Shown here in pieces: positions 46,001 through 60,188 of a DNA stretch of 64,000 bases (positions are counted from its first letter, which is position 1; each line of letters opens with the position of its first letter). A program made the position numbers and the translations under genes. Source of the stretch: the human T2T-CHM13v2.0 reference genome, Homo sapiens; NCBI RefSeq assembly GCF_009914755.1, contig NC_060927.1. One strand, given 5' to 3'. The notes beneath the pieces were generated by a model. That model was not told the origin of the DNA. It saw nothing but the letters and a program-made list of their open reading frames with translations, and ran no database searches.

Positions 46001-49000
46001 AAAGGAATGTTCAACTCTGTGAGTTGAATGCAAATATCACAAAGTAGTTTCTGACAATGATTCTGTCTAGTTTTGTGAAGATATTTCCTTTCCTACTGTC
46101 GGCCTCAAAGCGCTCTAAATATACACTTGCAAATTCTACAAAAAGAGTCTTTGAAAACTTCTCTATCAAAGGAAAGTTTAAACCCAATAAGCTGAATGCA
46201 CACATCACAAAGTAGTTTCTGAGAATGATTCTGTCAAGTTTTTCTATGAAGGTATTTCCTTTTCTACAATAGGCCTCAAAAGGCTCTAAATATCCAATTG
46301 GAAATTCTACAAAAAGATTATATCAAAACTGCTCTATCGAAAGGAAGCTTCAACTCTGTGAGTTGAATGCACAGATCACGAAGTATTTTCTGGGAATTCT
46401 TCTGTCAACTTTTATATGAAACAATCCCGTTTCCAACGAAGGCCTCAAAAAGTCCAAATATTTACTTGCAGATTCTACAAAAAGAGTGTTTCCAAACTGC
46501 TCAATCAAGACGAATGCTCAACTCTGTGAGTTGAAGTAAATGTCACAAAGTAGTTTCTGACAATGCATCTCTCTAGTTTTTATGTGAAGATATTCCCTTT
46601 CTACTGTAGGCCTCAAAGCACTCTAAATATACACTTGCAAATTCCACAAAAAGAGTGTTTCAAAACTGCTCTACCAAAAGAAAGTTTATACTCTGTCAGC
46701 TGAATGCACACATTACAAAGTAGTTTCTGAGAATGATTCTGTCTAATTTTTCTATGAAGATATTTCCTTTTCTACCACAGGCCTCAAACCGCTCTGAATA
46801 TCCACTTGGAAATTCTACCAAAAGATTATTTCAAAACTGCTGTATTGAAATGAAGGTTCAACTCTGTGAGTTCAATGCACACATCACAAAGGAGTTTCTG
46901 AGAATTCTTCTGTCAAGTTTTATATGAAGAAATCCCCTTTCCAAAGAAGGCCTCAAAAAAGTCCATATATTCACTTGCAGATTCTACAAAACGAGTGTTT
47001 CAAAACTGCTCTATCAAAAGAAAGGTTAAACTCTGTGAGTTGAACGCACACATCACAAATTAGTTTCTGGAAATCATTCTGTCTAGTTTTTCTATGAAGA
47101 TGATATTGCCTTTTCTACCATAGGCCTGAAACGGCGCTAAATATCCACTTCGAAATTCAACAAAAAGAGAGTTTCAAAACTTCTCTATTGAAAGGAAGGT
47201 TCAACTCTGTGAGTTTAAAGCACACATCACAAAGAAGTTTCTGAGAGTTCGTCTGTCTAGTTTTATATGAAGAAATCACGTTTCAAAAGAAGGCCGCAAA
47301 CAGGCACAAATATCCACTTGCAGACTCTACAAAAAGAGTGTTTCAAAACTGTTCTATCAAGAGGAACGTTCAACTCTGTGAATTGAATGCAAAAATCACA
47401 AAGTAGTGTTTGACAATGTTTCTGTCTAGTTATTATGTGATGATATTTCCTTTTCTACCGTAGGCCTCACAGCATTCTAAATATACACTTGCAAATTCAA
47501 CAGAAAGAGTGTTTCAAAACTGCTCTATCAAAAGAAATGTTAAACTCTGTAAGCTGAATGCACACATCAAAAATAAGTTTCTAGGAATGATTCTGTCCAG
47601 TTTTTCTATGAAGATATTTCCTTTTCTACCACAGACCTCAAACCGCTCAAAATATACAGTTGGAAATTTTACAAAAAGAGTAAATCAAAACTGCTCTATT
47701 GAAAAGAAGGTTCAAGTGTGAGTGTTGAATGCACACATCACAAAGAAGATTCTTAGAATTCTTCTCTCAAGTTTATATGAAGAAACCCGTTTCCAACGAA
47801 GGCCCCAAAAGAGTCCAAATATTCTCTTGCAGATACTACAAAAAGAGTGTTTCAAAATTGCTCTATCAAGAGGAACGTTCAACTCTGTGAGTGGAATGCA
47901 AATAGCACAAAGTAGTTTCTGACAATGCTTCTGTCTAATTTTTATGTGAAGATATTTCCTTTTCTACCCTAGGCCTCAAAGCGCTCTAAATATACACATG
48001 CACATTACAAAAAAAAATGTGTTTCAAAACTGCTCTATTGAAAGGAAGGTTCAACCCTGGGAGTTGAATGCACACATCATAAAGAAGTTTCTGAGAATTC
48101 TTATGTTATGTTTTATATGAAGAAAACCTGATTCCAACGAAGGTCTCAAAAAAGTCCAAATATTAATTTGCAGATTCTAAAGAAGGGTGTTTCAAAACTG
48201 CTCTATCAAGAGGAATTTTCAACACTGTGAGTTGAATGCAAATATCACAATGTAGTTTCTGAGAATCATTCTGACTAGTTTTTCTAAGAAGATATTCCCT
48301 TTTCTACCACAGGCCTCAAGCTGCGTTAAATATCCACTTGGAAATGCCACAGAAAGAGTTTCAAAACTGCTCTATTGAAAGGAAGGTTCAAACCTGTAAG
48401 TTGAATGCACACATTAGAAAGAAGTTTCTGAGAATTCTTCTGTCAAGTTTTAAATGAAGAAATCCTGTTTCCAACAAAGGCCTCAAGAGAGTCCGAATAT
48501 TCACAAGCAGAATCTACAAAAAGAATGTTTCAAAACTGCTCTATCAATAGAAAGATTAAACTCTGTGAATAGATCGCACACATCATAAAGTAGTTTCTGA
48601 GAATCATTCTGTCTAGTTTTTCTATGAAGATATTGCCTTTTCCACTATAGGCCTCAAATGGCGCTAAATATCCACTTGGAAATTCTACAAAAACAGAGTT
48701 TCAAAACTGCTCTATCAAAAGGAAGACAACTCTGTGAGTTGAAAGCACACATCACAAAGAAATTTCTGAGAATTCTTCTGTCAAGTTTTATATGAAGAAA
48801 TCACGTTTCAAATGAAGGCCACAAAGAGTTCTAAATATCCACTTGCAGATTCTGCAAAAACAGTGTTTCAAAACTGCTCTATCAAAAGAAAGGTTTAACT
48901 CTGTGAGTTGAAAGCTCACATCACAATGTAGTATCTGAGAATCATTCTGTCTAGTTTTTCTATGAAAATATTTCCTTTTCTAACAGAGGCCTCAAACGGC

Positions 49001-51699
49001 TCTAAATATCCACTTGGAAATTCTACAAAAAGAGGGTTTGAAAACTGCTCTATCGAAAGGATGATTCAACTCTGTGAGTTCAAAGCATACATCACAAAAT
49101 TTTCTGAGAATTCTGCTGTCTAGTTTTACATTAAGAAATCAAGTTTCAAACAAAGGCCACAAAGAGGTCCAAATATCCACTTGCAGGTTCTACAAAAAGA
49201 GTGTTTCAAAAATGCTCTATCAAGAGGAACTTTCAACTCTGTTAGTTGAATGCAAATATCACAAGGTAGTTTCTGACAATGTTTCTGTCTAGTTTTTATG
49301 CGAAGATATTTCCTTTTCTCCCATAGGCCACAAAGCAATCTAAATATATACTTGCAAATACCACAAAAATTTTGTTTCAAAACTGCTCTATCAAAGGAAA
49401 GGTTAAACTCTGTAAGCTGAATGCACACATCACAAAGTAGTTTCTGAGAAATATTCTGTCTAGTTTTTTTATGAAGATATTTCCTTTTCTACCACAGGCC
49501 TTTAACCGCAATAAATATCCATTTGGGAATACTACAAAAAGATTATTTCAAAACTGCTCTATCGAAAGGAAGGTTCATCTCTTGCAGTTGAATGCACACA
49601 TCACAAAGAAGTTTCTGAGAATTCTTATGTCAAGTTTTATATGAAGAAACCCCCTTTCAAACGAAGACCTCAAAAAACCTAAATATCAATTTGCAGATTC
49701 TACAAAAAGATGTTTCAAAACTGCTCTATCAAGAGGAATGCGCAACTTTGTCAGTTGAAGGCAAGTATCACAAAGAAGTTTCTGACAATGCTTCTGCCTA
49801 ATTTTTATGTGAAGATATTTCCTTTTCTACCATAGGCCTCAAACTGCTCTAAATATCCACTTGGAAATTCTACAAAAAGAGAGTTTCAAAACTGCTCTAT
49901 CAAAAGAAAATTTAAACTCTGTAAACTGAAAGCACACATCACAAAGCAGTTTCTGAGAATGATTCTGTCTAGTTTTTGTATGAAGATATTTCCTTTTCTA
50001 ACATAGGCCTCAAACTTCACTCAATGTTCACTTGGAAATTCTACAAAAAGAGAATTTCAAAACTCCTCTATCGAAAGGAAGGTTCAGCTCTGTGAGTTGA
50101 AAGCACACATCACAAAGAAGTTTCTGAGAATTTATATGTCTAGATTTACATGAAGAAATCACGTTTCAAAGGAAAGCCACAAAGAGGTCCAAATATCCAC
50201 TTGTAGATTCTACAAAAAGAGTGTTTAAAACTGCTCTATAAAGAAGAATGTTCAACTCTGTGAGTTGAATTCAAATATCACAAGGTAGTTTCTGACAATG
50301 CTTCTGTCTAGTTTTTCTATGAAGTTATTGCTTTTCTACCATAGGCCTCTAAAAGCACTAAATATCCACTTGGAAATTCTACACAAAAAGTTTCAAAACT
50401 GCTCTATCTAAAGGAAAGTTCAATTTTGTGACTAGAATGCACACATCACAAAGAAGTTTCTGAGGATTCTTTAGTCACGTTTTATATGAAGAAATCCAGT
50501 TTCCAATGAAGGCCCCCAAAACTTCAAATATTCACTTGCAGATTCTACAAAAACAGATTTCAAAACTGCTCTATCAAAAGAAAGATTAAACTCTGTAAGC
50601 TGAATGCACACATCACCAAGTAGTTTCTGTAAATGATTCTGTCTAGTTTTTCTATGAAGATATTTCATATTCTACCACAGGCCTCAAAACGCTCTAAATA
50701 TCCACTTGGACATACTACAAAAAGAGTATTTCAAAACTGCTCTAACAAAAGGAAGGTTCAATTCTGTGAGTTGGATGCACACATCACAAAGAAGTTTCTG
50801 AGAATTCTTCTGTCTAGTTTTATATGAAGAAATCACATTTCAAACGAAGGCCACAAAGAGGTCAAAATATCCACTCACAGATTCCAGAAAAAGAGTGTTT
50901 CAAAAATGCTCTATCAAGAGGAATGTTCAACTCTGTGAGTTGAATGCAAATATCATGAAGTAGTTTCTGACAATGCTTCTGTCTAGTTTTTATGTGAAGT
51001 TAATTCCTTTTCTACCTTAGGCCTCAAAGCGCTCTAATATACACTGGCAAATTCCACAAAAAGAGTGTTTCAAAACTGCTCTATCAAAAGAAATGTTAAA
51101 CTCTGTAAGCTGAGTGCACACATCACAAAACAGTTTCTCAGAATGATTCTGTCTCGCTTTTCTATGAAGATATTTCTTTTTCTACCACAGGCCTCAAACA
51201 GCTCGAAATATCCATTTGGAAATTCTACCAAAAGACTACTTCAAAACTGCTCTATCGAAAGGAATTCTCAACTCTGTGAGTTGAATGAACATATCACAAG
51301 GAAGTTAATGATAATTCTTCTGTCACCTTTTATATGAAGAATTCCCGTTTCCAATGAAGGAACCCAGAAAGTCCAAATATTCACATGCAGATTCTACAAA
51401 AACAGTGTTTCAAAACTGCTCTATCAAAAGAAAGATTAAACTCTGAAAGCTGAATGCAAACATCACAAAGCAGTTTCTGTGAATGATTCTGTCCAGTTTT
51501 TCTATGAAGATATTTCCTTTTCTACCACAGGCCTCAAACAGCTATAAATAACCATTTGGAAATTCTACAAAAAGAGTATTTCAAAACTGCTCTGCTGAAA
51601 GGAAGGTTCAATTCTGTCAGCTGAATGCACACATCACAAAGAAGTTTCTGAGAATTCTTCTGTCACGATTTATGTGAAGAATTCCCGTTTCCAACGAAG
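43027..51699 (-). promoter_or_regulatory. CENP-B boxes with intact core at 43027, 45917, 46425, 47785 and 51683
   Basis: cccgtttccaacgaag at each position. Confidence 0.9.
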
Positions 51700-54600
51700 G
51701 CCCCCAAAAACTCCAAATATTCACTTGCAGATTCTACAAAAACATTGTTTCAAAACTGCTCTATCAAAAGAAAGATTCCACTCTGTGAGTTGAACGCACA
51801 CAGCACAATGTAGTTTCTGAGAATCATTCTGTCTAATATTTCTATGAAGACATTGCCTTTTCTACCACTGGCCTCAAAAGGCGCTAAATATCCACTTGGA
51901 AATTCTACAAAAAGAGAGTTTCAGAACTGCTCTATCGAAAGGAAGATACAACTCTGTGACTTGAATGCACATATCACAAACAAGTTTCGGAGAATTCTTC
52001 TGTCGAGATTGATATGAAGAAATTACGTTCAAAACGAAGGCCCCAAAGAAGTCCAAATATCCACTTGCAGACTCCACAAAAAGAGTGTTTCAAAACTGCT
52101 CTATCAAGAGGAATGTTCAACTCGGTGAGTTGAATGCAAATATCACAAAGTAGTTTCTGACAATGCTTCTGTCTAGTTTTTATGTGAAGATATTTCCTTT
52201 TCTACAGTTGGCTTCAAAGTGCTCTAAATATTCACTTGCAAATTCCACAAAAAGACTGTTTCAAAACTGCTCTATCAAACGAAAGGTTAAACTCTGTAAG
52301 CTGAATGCACACATCACAAAGTAGTTTCTGAGAATGATTCTGTCTAGTTTTTCTATGAAGATATTTCCTTTTCTACCACAGGCCTCAAACTGCTCTAAAT
52401 ATCCACTTGGAAATTATACAAAAAGAGCATTTCAAAATTGCTGTATTGAAAGGAACGTTCAACTCAGTCAACTGAATGCACACATCACAAAGAAGTTTCT
52501 GAGAATTCTTCTGTAAAGTTTGACATGCAGAAATACCGTTTCCAACGAAGGCCTCAAAAAAGTCCAAATATTCATTTTTAGATTCTACAAAAACAGTGTT
52601 TCAAAACTGCTCTATCTAAAGGAAGGTTAAATTCTGTGAGTTGAAAGCACATAACATAAAGTAATTTCTGAGAATCACTCTGTCTGGTTTTTCTGTGAAG
52701 ATGTTGCCTTTTCTACCACAGGCCTCAAACGGCGCTAAATGTCCACTTGAAAATTCTACAACAAGAGTGTTTCAACGCTGCTCTATCGAAAGAAAGTTTC
52801 AACTCTGTGAGTTGAAAGCACATATCACAAAGAAGTTTCTGAGAATTCTTCTGCCTAGGTTTATATGAATAAATCACGTTTCAAAGGAAGGCCACAAAAA
52901 GGTCCAAATATCCACTTGTAGATTCTAGAAAAAGAGTGTTTCGGAACTGCCCTATCAAGAGGAATGTTCAACTAGGTGAGTTGAATACAAATATCACAAT
53001 GTAGTTTCTGACAATGTTTCTGTCTTGTTTTTATGTGAAGATATTTCCTTTCTAACCGTAGGCCTCAAAGCGCTCTAAATATACACTTGCAAATTCCACA
53101 AAAAGAGTGTTTCAAAACTGCTCTAACAAAAGAAAGGTTAAACTCTGTAAGCTGAATGCACACATCACAGGTAGTTTCTGAGAAAGATTCTGTCTGGTTT
53201 TTCAGAAGATATTTCCATTTCTGCAACAGACCTCAAACCAGTCTAAATATCGACTTTTAAATTGTACAAAAAGAGTATTTCAGAACTACTCTATCGAAAG
53301 GAAGGTTCAAATCCGTCAGTTGAATGCACACAACACAAAGAAGTTTCTGAGAATTCTTCTGTCTAGTTTTATATGAAGAAATCCCGTTTCCAAAGAAGGT
53401 CTCAAAAAAGTCCTAATATTCAATTGCAGATTCTACAAAAAGAGTGTTTCAAAACTGCTCTATCATAAGAAAGTTTAAACTCTGTGAGTCAAACACACAC
53501 ATCACAAAGTAGTTTCTGAAAATCATTCTGTCTAGTTTTTCTATGAAGATATTGCATTTTCTACCATAGGCCTCAAACGACACTAAATATCTACTTGAAA
53601 ATTCTACAAAAAGAGAGTTTCAAAACTGCTCTACCGAAAGGAAGGTTCAACTCGGTGAGTTGAAAGAACACATCACAAAGTAGTTTCTGAGAATTCTTCT
53701 TTCTAGTTTTACATGAAGAATTAACGTGTCAAAAAAGACCCACAAAGAGGTCCAAATATCCACTTGCAGATTCTTCAAAAAGAGTGTTTCAAAACTGCTC
53801 TATCAAGAGGAATGTTCAACTCTGTGAGTTGAATGCAAATATCACAAAGTAGTTTCTGACAATGCTTCTTTCTATCATTTATATGAAGGTATTTCCTTTT
53901 CTAAAGTAGGCCTCAAAGCGCTCTAAATATACAGTTGCAAATTCCACAAAAAGAGTTTTTCAAAACTGCTCTATCAAAGGAAAGGTTAAACTCCGTAAGC
54001 TGAGTGCACACACCACAAAGCAGTTTGTGACAATGAATCGGACTAGTTTTTCTATGAAGATATTTCCTTTTCTACCATAGGCCTCAAACCGCTTTGAATA
54101 TCCACATAGACATTCTACAAAAAGAGTATTTGAAAACTGCTCTATCGAAAGGAAGGTTCAACACTGTGGTTTGAATGCACACATCACAAAGAAGGTTCTG
54201 AGAGTTCTTCAGTCATTATTTATAGGAAGATGTCCCGTTTCCAATAAAGTCCCCAAAAAAGTCTGAATATTCACTGGCAGATTCTACAAAAACATTGTTT
54301 CAAAACTGCTCTATCAAAAGAAAGGTTAAACTCTGTGAGTTGAACGCAGACATCACAAAGTAGTTTCTGAGAATTATTCTGTCTAATTTTTCTATGAACA
54401 TATTGCCTTTACTAACATAGGCCTCAAACGGCGCTAAATATCCACTTGGAAATATTACAAAAAGAGAGTCTCAAAACTCCTCTATTGAAGGGAAGGTTCA
54501 ACTCTGTGAGTTGAAAGCACACTTCACAAAGAAGTTTCTGAGAATTATTCTGTCTAGTTTTATATGAAGAAATCACGTTTCAAACGAAGGCCACAAAGAG

Positions 54601-57600
54601 GTCCAAATACCCTCTCATAGATTATACAAAAAGAGTGTTTCAAAACTGCTCTATCAAGAGGAATGTTCAACTCTGTGAGTTGAATGCAAATATCATAAAG
54701 TAGTTTCTGACAATGCTTCTTCCTAGTTTTTATGTGAAGATACTTCTTTTTCTTCCCTAGGCCTCAAAGCTCTTTAAATATACACAGGCAAATACAACAA
54801 AAAAAGTGTTTCAAAGCTGCTCTATCAAAAGAAAGGGTAAACTCTGTAAGCTGAATGCACACATCACAAAGAAGTTTCATAGAATGATTCTGTCTCGTTT
54901 TTGAAAAAAAGATATCTCCTTTCCTTCCACAAGCTTCAAACTGCTCTAAATATCCACTTGGAAATTCCACAAGAAGATTATTTCAAAACTGCTCTATCGA
55001 AAGGAAGGTTCAATTCCATGAGTTGAATGCACACAACACAAAGAAGTTTCTGAGAATTCTTCTGTCACGTTTTATATGAAGAAATCACGTTTGCAACGAA
55101 GGCCCCCCAAAATCCCAACTATTCACTTGCAGATTCTACAAAAAGAGTGTTTCAAAATTGCTCTATCAAAAGAAAGGTTAAACTCTGTGAGTTCAACGCA
55201 CACACCACAAAGTAGTTTCTGAGAATCATTCTGTCAAATTTTTCTACGAAGAAATTTAATTTTATACCACAGGCATCAAAGGACTCTTTATATCCACTTG
55301 GAAATTGTACAAAAAGAGAGTTTCAAAGCTGCTCTATCGAAAGGAAGGTTCAACTCTGTGAGTTGAAAGCACACGTCACAAAGAAGTTTCTCATTATTCT
55401 TCTGTCTAGTTTTATATGAAAAAATCATGTTTCAAACGAAGGCCACAAAGAGGTCCAAATATCCACTTGCAGATTCTGCAAAAAGAGTGTTACAAAACTG
55501 CTCATCTAAAGAAATGTTAAACTCTGTAAGCTGAACGCACACATCACAAAGTAGTTTCTGAGAATGATTCTGTCCAGTTTTTCTATGAAGATATTTCCTT
55601 TTCTACCGCTGGCCTCAAACCGCTCTAAATATCCACTTGGAAATTCTACCAAAAGAGTATTTCGCAACCATTCTATCGAAAGGAAGGTTGAACTCTGTGA
55701 CTTGAATGCACACATCAGAAAGAAGTTTCTGAGAATTCTTCTGTCAAATTTTATATGAAGAAATACCGTTTCCAACGAAGGCCTCAAAAAAGTCCAAATA
55801 TTCACTTGCGGATTATACACAAAGACTGTTTCAATACTGCTCTACCAAAAGAAAGGTTAAAGTCTGTGAGTTGAACGCACATATCACAAAGAAGTTTCTG
55901 AGAATCATTCTGTCTAGTTTTTCAGTGAAGATATTACCTGTTCTAACATAAGCCTCAAACGGCGCTAAATATCCACTTGGAAATACTACAAAAGGAGGGT
56001 TTCAAAACTGCTCTACGAAAGGAAGGTTGAACTCTGTGATTTGAAAGCACACATCACAAAGAAGTTTCTGAGAATTCTTCCGTCTACTTTTATATGAAGA
56101 TATCACTTTTCAAAGGAAGGCCACAAGGAGGTACAAATATACAATTGCAGATTCTACAAAAAGAGTGTTTCACAAATGCTCTATCAAGAGGAATGTTCAA
56201 CTATGTGAGTTGAATGCAAATATCACAATGAAGTTCCTGACAATGCTTCTATCTAGTTTTTATGTGAAGATATTTCCTTTTCTTCGGTATGCCTCAAAGT
56301 GCTCTAAATAAACATTTGCAAACTCCACAAAAAGACTGTTTCAAAACTGCTCTATCAAAAGAAATTTTAAACTCTGTAAGCTTAATTAACACATCTCAAA
56401 GTAGTTTCTGAGAATGATTCTGTATAGTTTTTCTATGAAGATATTTCCTTTTCTACCACAGGCCTCAAACCGCTCTAAATATCCACTTGGAAATTCTACA
56501 AAAAGAGTATTTCAGAACTGCTCTATTGAAAGGAAGGTTCAAAACTGTGAGTTGAATGCACAAATCACAAAGAAGTTTCTGAGAATTCTTCTGTCATATT
56601 TTATATGAAGAAATCCCGTTTCCAATGAAGGCCTCAAAAAGGTCCAAATATTCACTTGCAGATTCTACAAAAAGACTGTTTCAATACTGCTGTACCAAAA
56701 GAAAGGTTAAAGTCTGTGAGTTGAACGCACACATCACAAAGAAGTTTCTGAGAATCATTCTGTCTAGCTTTTCAATGAGGATATTTCCTGTTCTACAATA
56801 TGCCTCAAATGACGCTAAATATCCACGTGGAAATACTACAAAAGGAGAGTTTCAAAACTGCTCTACGAAAGGAGGGTTTAACTCTGTGATTTGAAAGCAC
56901 ACATCACAAAGAAGTTTCTGAGAATTCTTCTGTCTAGTTTTATATGAAGAAATCACGTTTCAAACGAAGGCCAGAAAGAGGTCCAAATACCCTCTCTCAG
57001 CTTCTACAAAAAGAGTGTTTCAAAACTGCTCTATCAAGAGGAATGTTCAACTCGTGAGTTGAATGCAAATATCACAAAGTACTTTCTGACATTTTTTCTG
57101 TCTAGTTTTTAGGTGAAGATATTTCCTTTTCTACCTCAGGACTCAAAGCGCTCTAAATATGCACTTGCAAATTCTACAAAAAGAGTTTTACAAAACTGCT
57201 CTGTCAAAAGAAAAGTTAAACTCCGTAAGCTGAATGCACACATCACAAAGTAATTTCTGAGAATGATTCTGTATAGTTTTTCTAGGAAGATATTTCGTTT
57301 TCTACCACTGGCCACACACTGCTCTAAATAGACCCTTGGAAATTCTACAAAAAGAGTATTTCACAACTGCTCTATCAAAAGGAAGGTTCAACTCTGTGAG
57401 TTAAATGCACACATCACGAAGAAGTTTCTGAGAATTCTTCTGTCAAGATTTACATGAAGAAATTCCGTTTCCAAGGAAGGCTTCAAAATGTCCAAATATT
57501 CACTTGCAGATTCTATAAAAAGACTGTTTCAAAACTTATCTATCAAAAGAAATATTGAACTCTGTGAGTTTAACCCACACAGCATAAAGTAGTTTCTGAG

Positions 57601-58985
57601 AATGATTCTGTCTAGTTTTTCTATGAAGATATTTAATATTCTGTAGGCCTCAAAGCGCTCTAAATTTACACTTGCAAGTTCTGCAAAAAGAGTGTTACAA
57701 AACTGCTCATCTAAAGAAATGTTAAACTCTGTAAGCTGAACGCACACATCACAAAGAAGTTTCTGAGAATTATTCTGTCACGTTTTATATGAAGAAATCT
57801 CGTTTCCAAAGAAGGCCTCCCAAAATTGCAAATATTCACTTGCAGATTCTGCAAAAAGTGTGTTTCAAAACTGCTCTATCAAAAGAAAGGTTAAACTCTG
57901 TGAGTTGAACACACACATCACAAAGTAGTTTCTGAGAATCATTCTGTCTGTTTTCTATGAAGATATTGCCTTTTCTACAATAGGCCTCAAACGGCGCTAA
58001 ATATCCCCTTGGAAATTCAACAAAGAGAGAGTTTCAAAAATCCTCTATCAAAAGGAAGGTTCAATTCTGTGAGTTGAAAGCACATATCACAAAGAAGTTT
58101 CTGAGAATTTTTCTCTCTACTTTTATATTAAGAAATCACGTTTCAAACGAAGGCCAGAAAGAGGTCCAAATACACTCTCTCAGCTTCTACAAAAAGAGTG
58201 TTTCAAAACTGCTCTATCAAGAGTAATTTACAACTCTGTGAGTTGAATGCAAATATCACAAATCAGTTTCCAAAAATGCTTCTGTATAGTTTTTATGTGA
58301 AGATATTTCCTTTTCTACAGTAGGCCTCAAAGCGCTCTAAATATACAACCGCAAATACCACAAAAAGTTTGTTTCAAAATTTCTCTATCAGAAGAAATTT
58401 TAAACTCTGTAAGCTGAATGCACACATCACAAAGTAGTTTCTGAGAATGATTTTGTTTAGTTTTTCTATGAAGATATTTCCTTTTCTACCACCGACCTCA
58501 AACCACTGTAAATATCCACTGGGAAATTCTACAAAAAGAGTATTTCAAGACTGCTCTATCGAAAGGAAGGTTCAACACTTTGAGTTGAATGCACACATCA
58601 CAAAGAAGTTTCTGAGAATTATTCTGTCAAGTTTTATATGAAGAGATCCCATTTCCAACGAAGGCCACAAAAAAGTCCAAATATTCACTTGCAGATTCTA
58701 CAAAAACCGTGTTTCAAAACTGCTCTATCAAAAGAAAGGTTAAACTCTGTAAGCTGAATTCACACATTACAACGTTGTTTCAGAGAATTATTCTGTCTTG
58801 TTTTTCTATGAAGATATGTCCTTTTATACCAAAGGCCTCAAACCACTCTAAATATCAACCTGGAAATTCTAAAAAAAGAGTATTTCAAAACTGCTCTATC
58901 GAAAGAAGGTTTAACTCTGTGAGTTGAATGCACACATCACAACGAAGTTTCTGATAATTCTTCTGTCAAGTTATAATGGAAGAAA

Positions 58986-60188
58986 TCCCGTTTCCTACGA
59001 AGGCCCCAAAAAAGGCCAAATACTCACCTGCCCATTATATAAAAAGGGTGTTTGAAAACTGCTCAATCAAAATAAAGGTTAAACTCTGTGAGTTTAATCC
59101 ACACATCACAATGTAGTTTCTGGGAATCATTCTGTCTAGTTTTTCTACGAAGGTATTTCCTTTTCTACCATAGGCCTCAAACGTCGCTAAATATACTCTT
59201 GGAAATTCTACAAAAAGAGAGTTTCAAAACTGCTCCATCCAAAGGAAGGTTCAACTCGTTGAGTTGAAAGAACACATCACGAAGAAGTTTCTGAGAATTC
59301 TTCTGTCTAGATTTATATGAAGAAATCACATTTAAAACGAAGGCCGCAAAGAGGTTCAAATATCCGCTGGCCGATTCTACAAAAAGAGTGTTTCAAAACT
59401 GCTCTGTCAAAGGAAAGGTTAAACTCTGTGAGTTGAACACTCACCTCACAAAGTAGTTTCTGATAATCATTCTGTCTAGTTTTACTGTGAAGATATTTCC
59501 TTTTCTGCCATAGGCCTCAAACTGTGCTAAATATCCACTTGGAAATAGTACAAAAAGAGTATTTCAGAACTGCTGTATCGAAAGGAAGGTTCAACTCTCT
59601 CAGTTGAATGCACACATCACAAAGAAGTTTCTGAGAATTCTTCTGTCAAGTTTTATATAAAGAAATCCCATTTCCAACGAAGACCTCAAGAAAGTCCAGA
59701 TATTCCCTTGCAGATTCTACAAAAAGAGTGTTTTAAAACTGCGCTATCAAAACAAAGGTTAAACTCTGTGAGTTGAACACACACATCACAAAGTACTTTC
59801 TGAGAATCATTCTGTCTAGTTATTTATGAAGATATTGCCTTTTCTACTGTAGGCCTCAAACGACGTTTAATATCCACTTGGAAACTCTACAAAAATAGAG
59901 TTTCAAACTGCTCGATTGAAAGGAAGGTTCAACTCTGTGACTTGAAAGCACACATTACAAAGAATTTTCTGAGAATTCTTCCGTCTAGTTTTATGTGAAG
60001 AATTCGCGTTTCAAACGAAGACCACAAAGAGGTCCCAATATCAACTTGCAGTTTCTAAAAAAAGAGTGTTTCAAACTGCTCTATCAAAAGGAAGGTTCAA
60101 ATCTGTTAGTTGAATGCACACATGAAAAAGAAGTTTCTTAGAATTCTTCTGACAAGTTTTATATGAAGAAATCCCGTTTCCAACGAAG
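58986..60188 (-). promoter_or_regulatory. CENP-B boxes with intact core at 58986 (cctacg variant, also at 24533) and 60172
   Basis: tcccgtttcctacgaag and tcccgtttccaacgaag. Confidence 0.88.

Noticed and set aside
25470-53210. Small indels (4-bp duplications at ~25478 and ~34178, ~7-bp deletion at ~25585, 3-bp duplication at ~47100, 2-bp deletion at ~53203)
   Set aside because: Ordinary slippage mutations, useful only as mapping markers.
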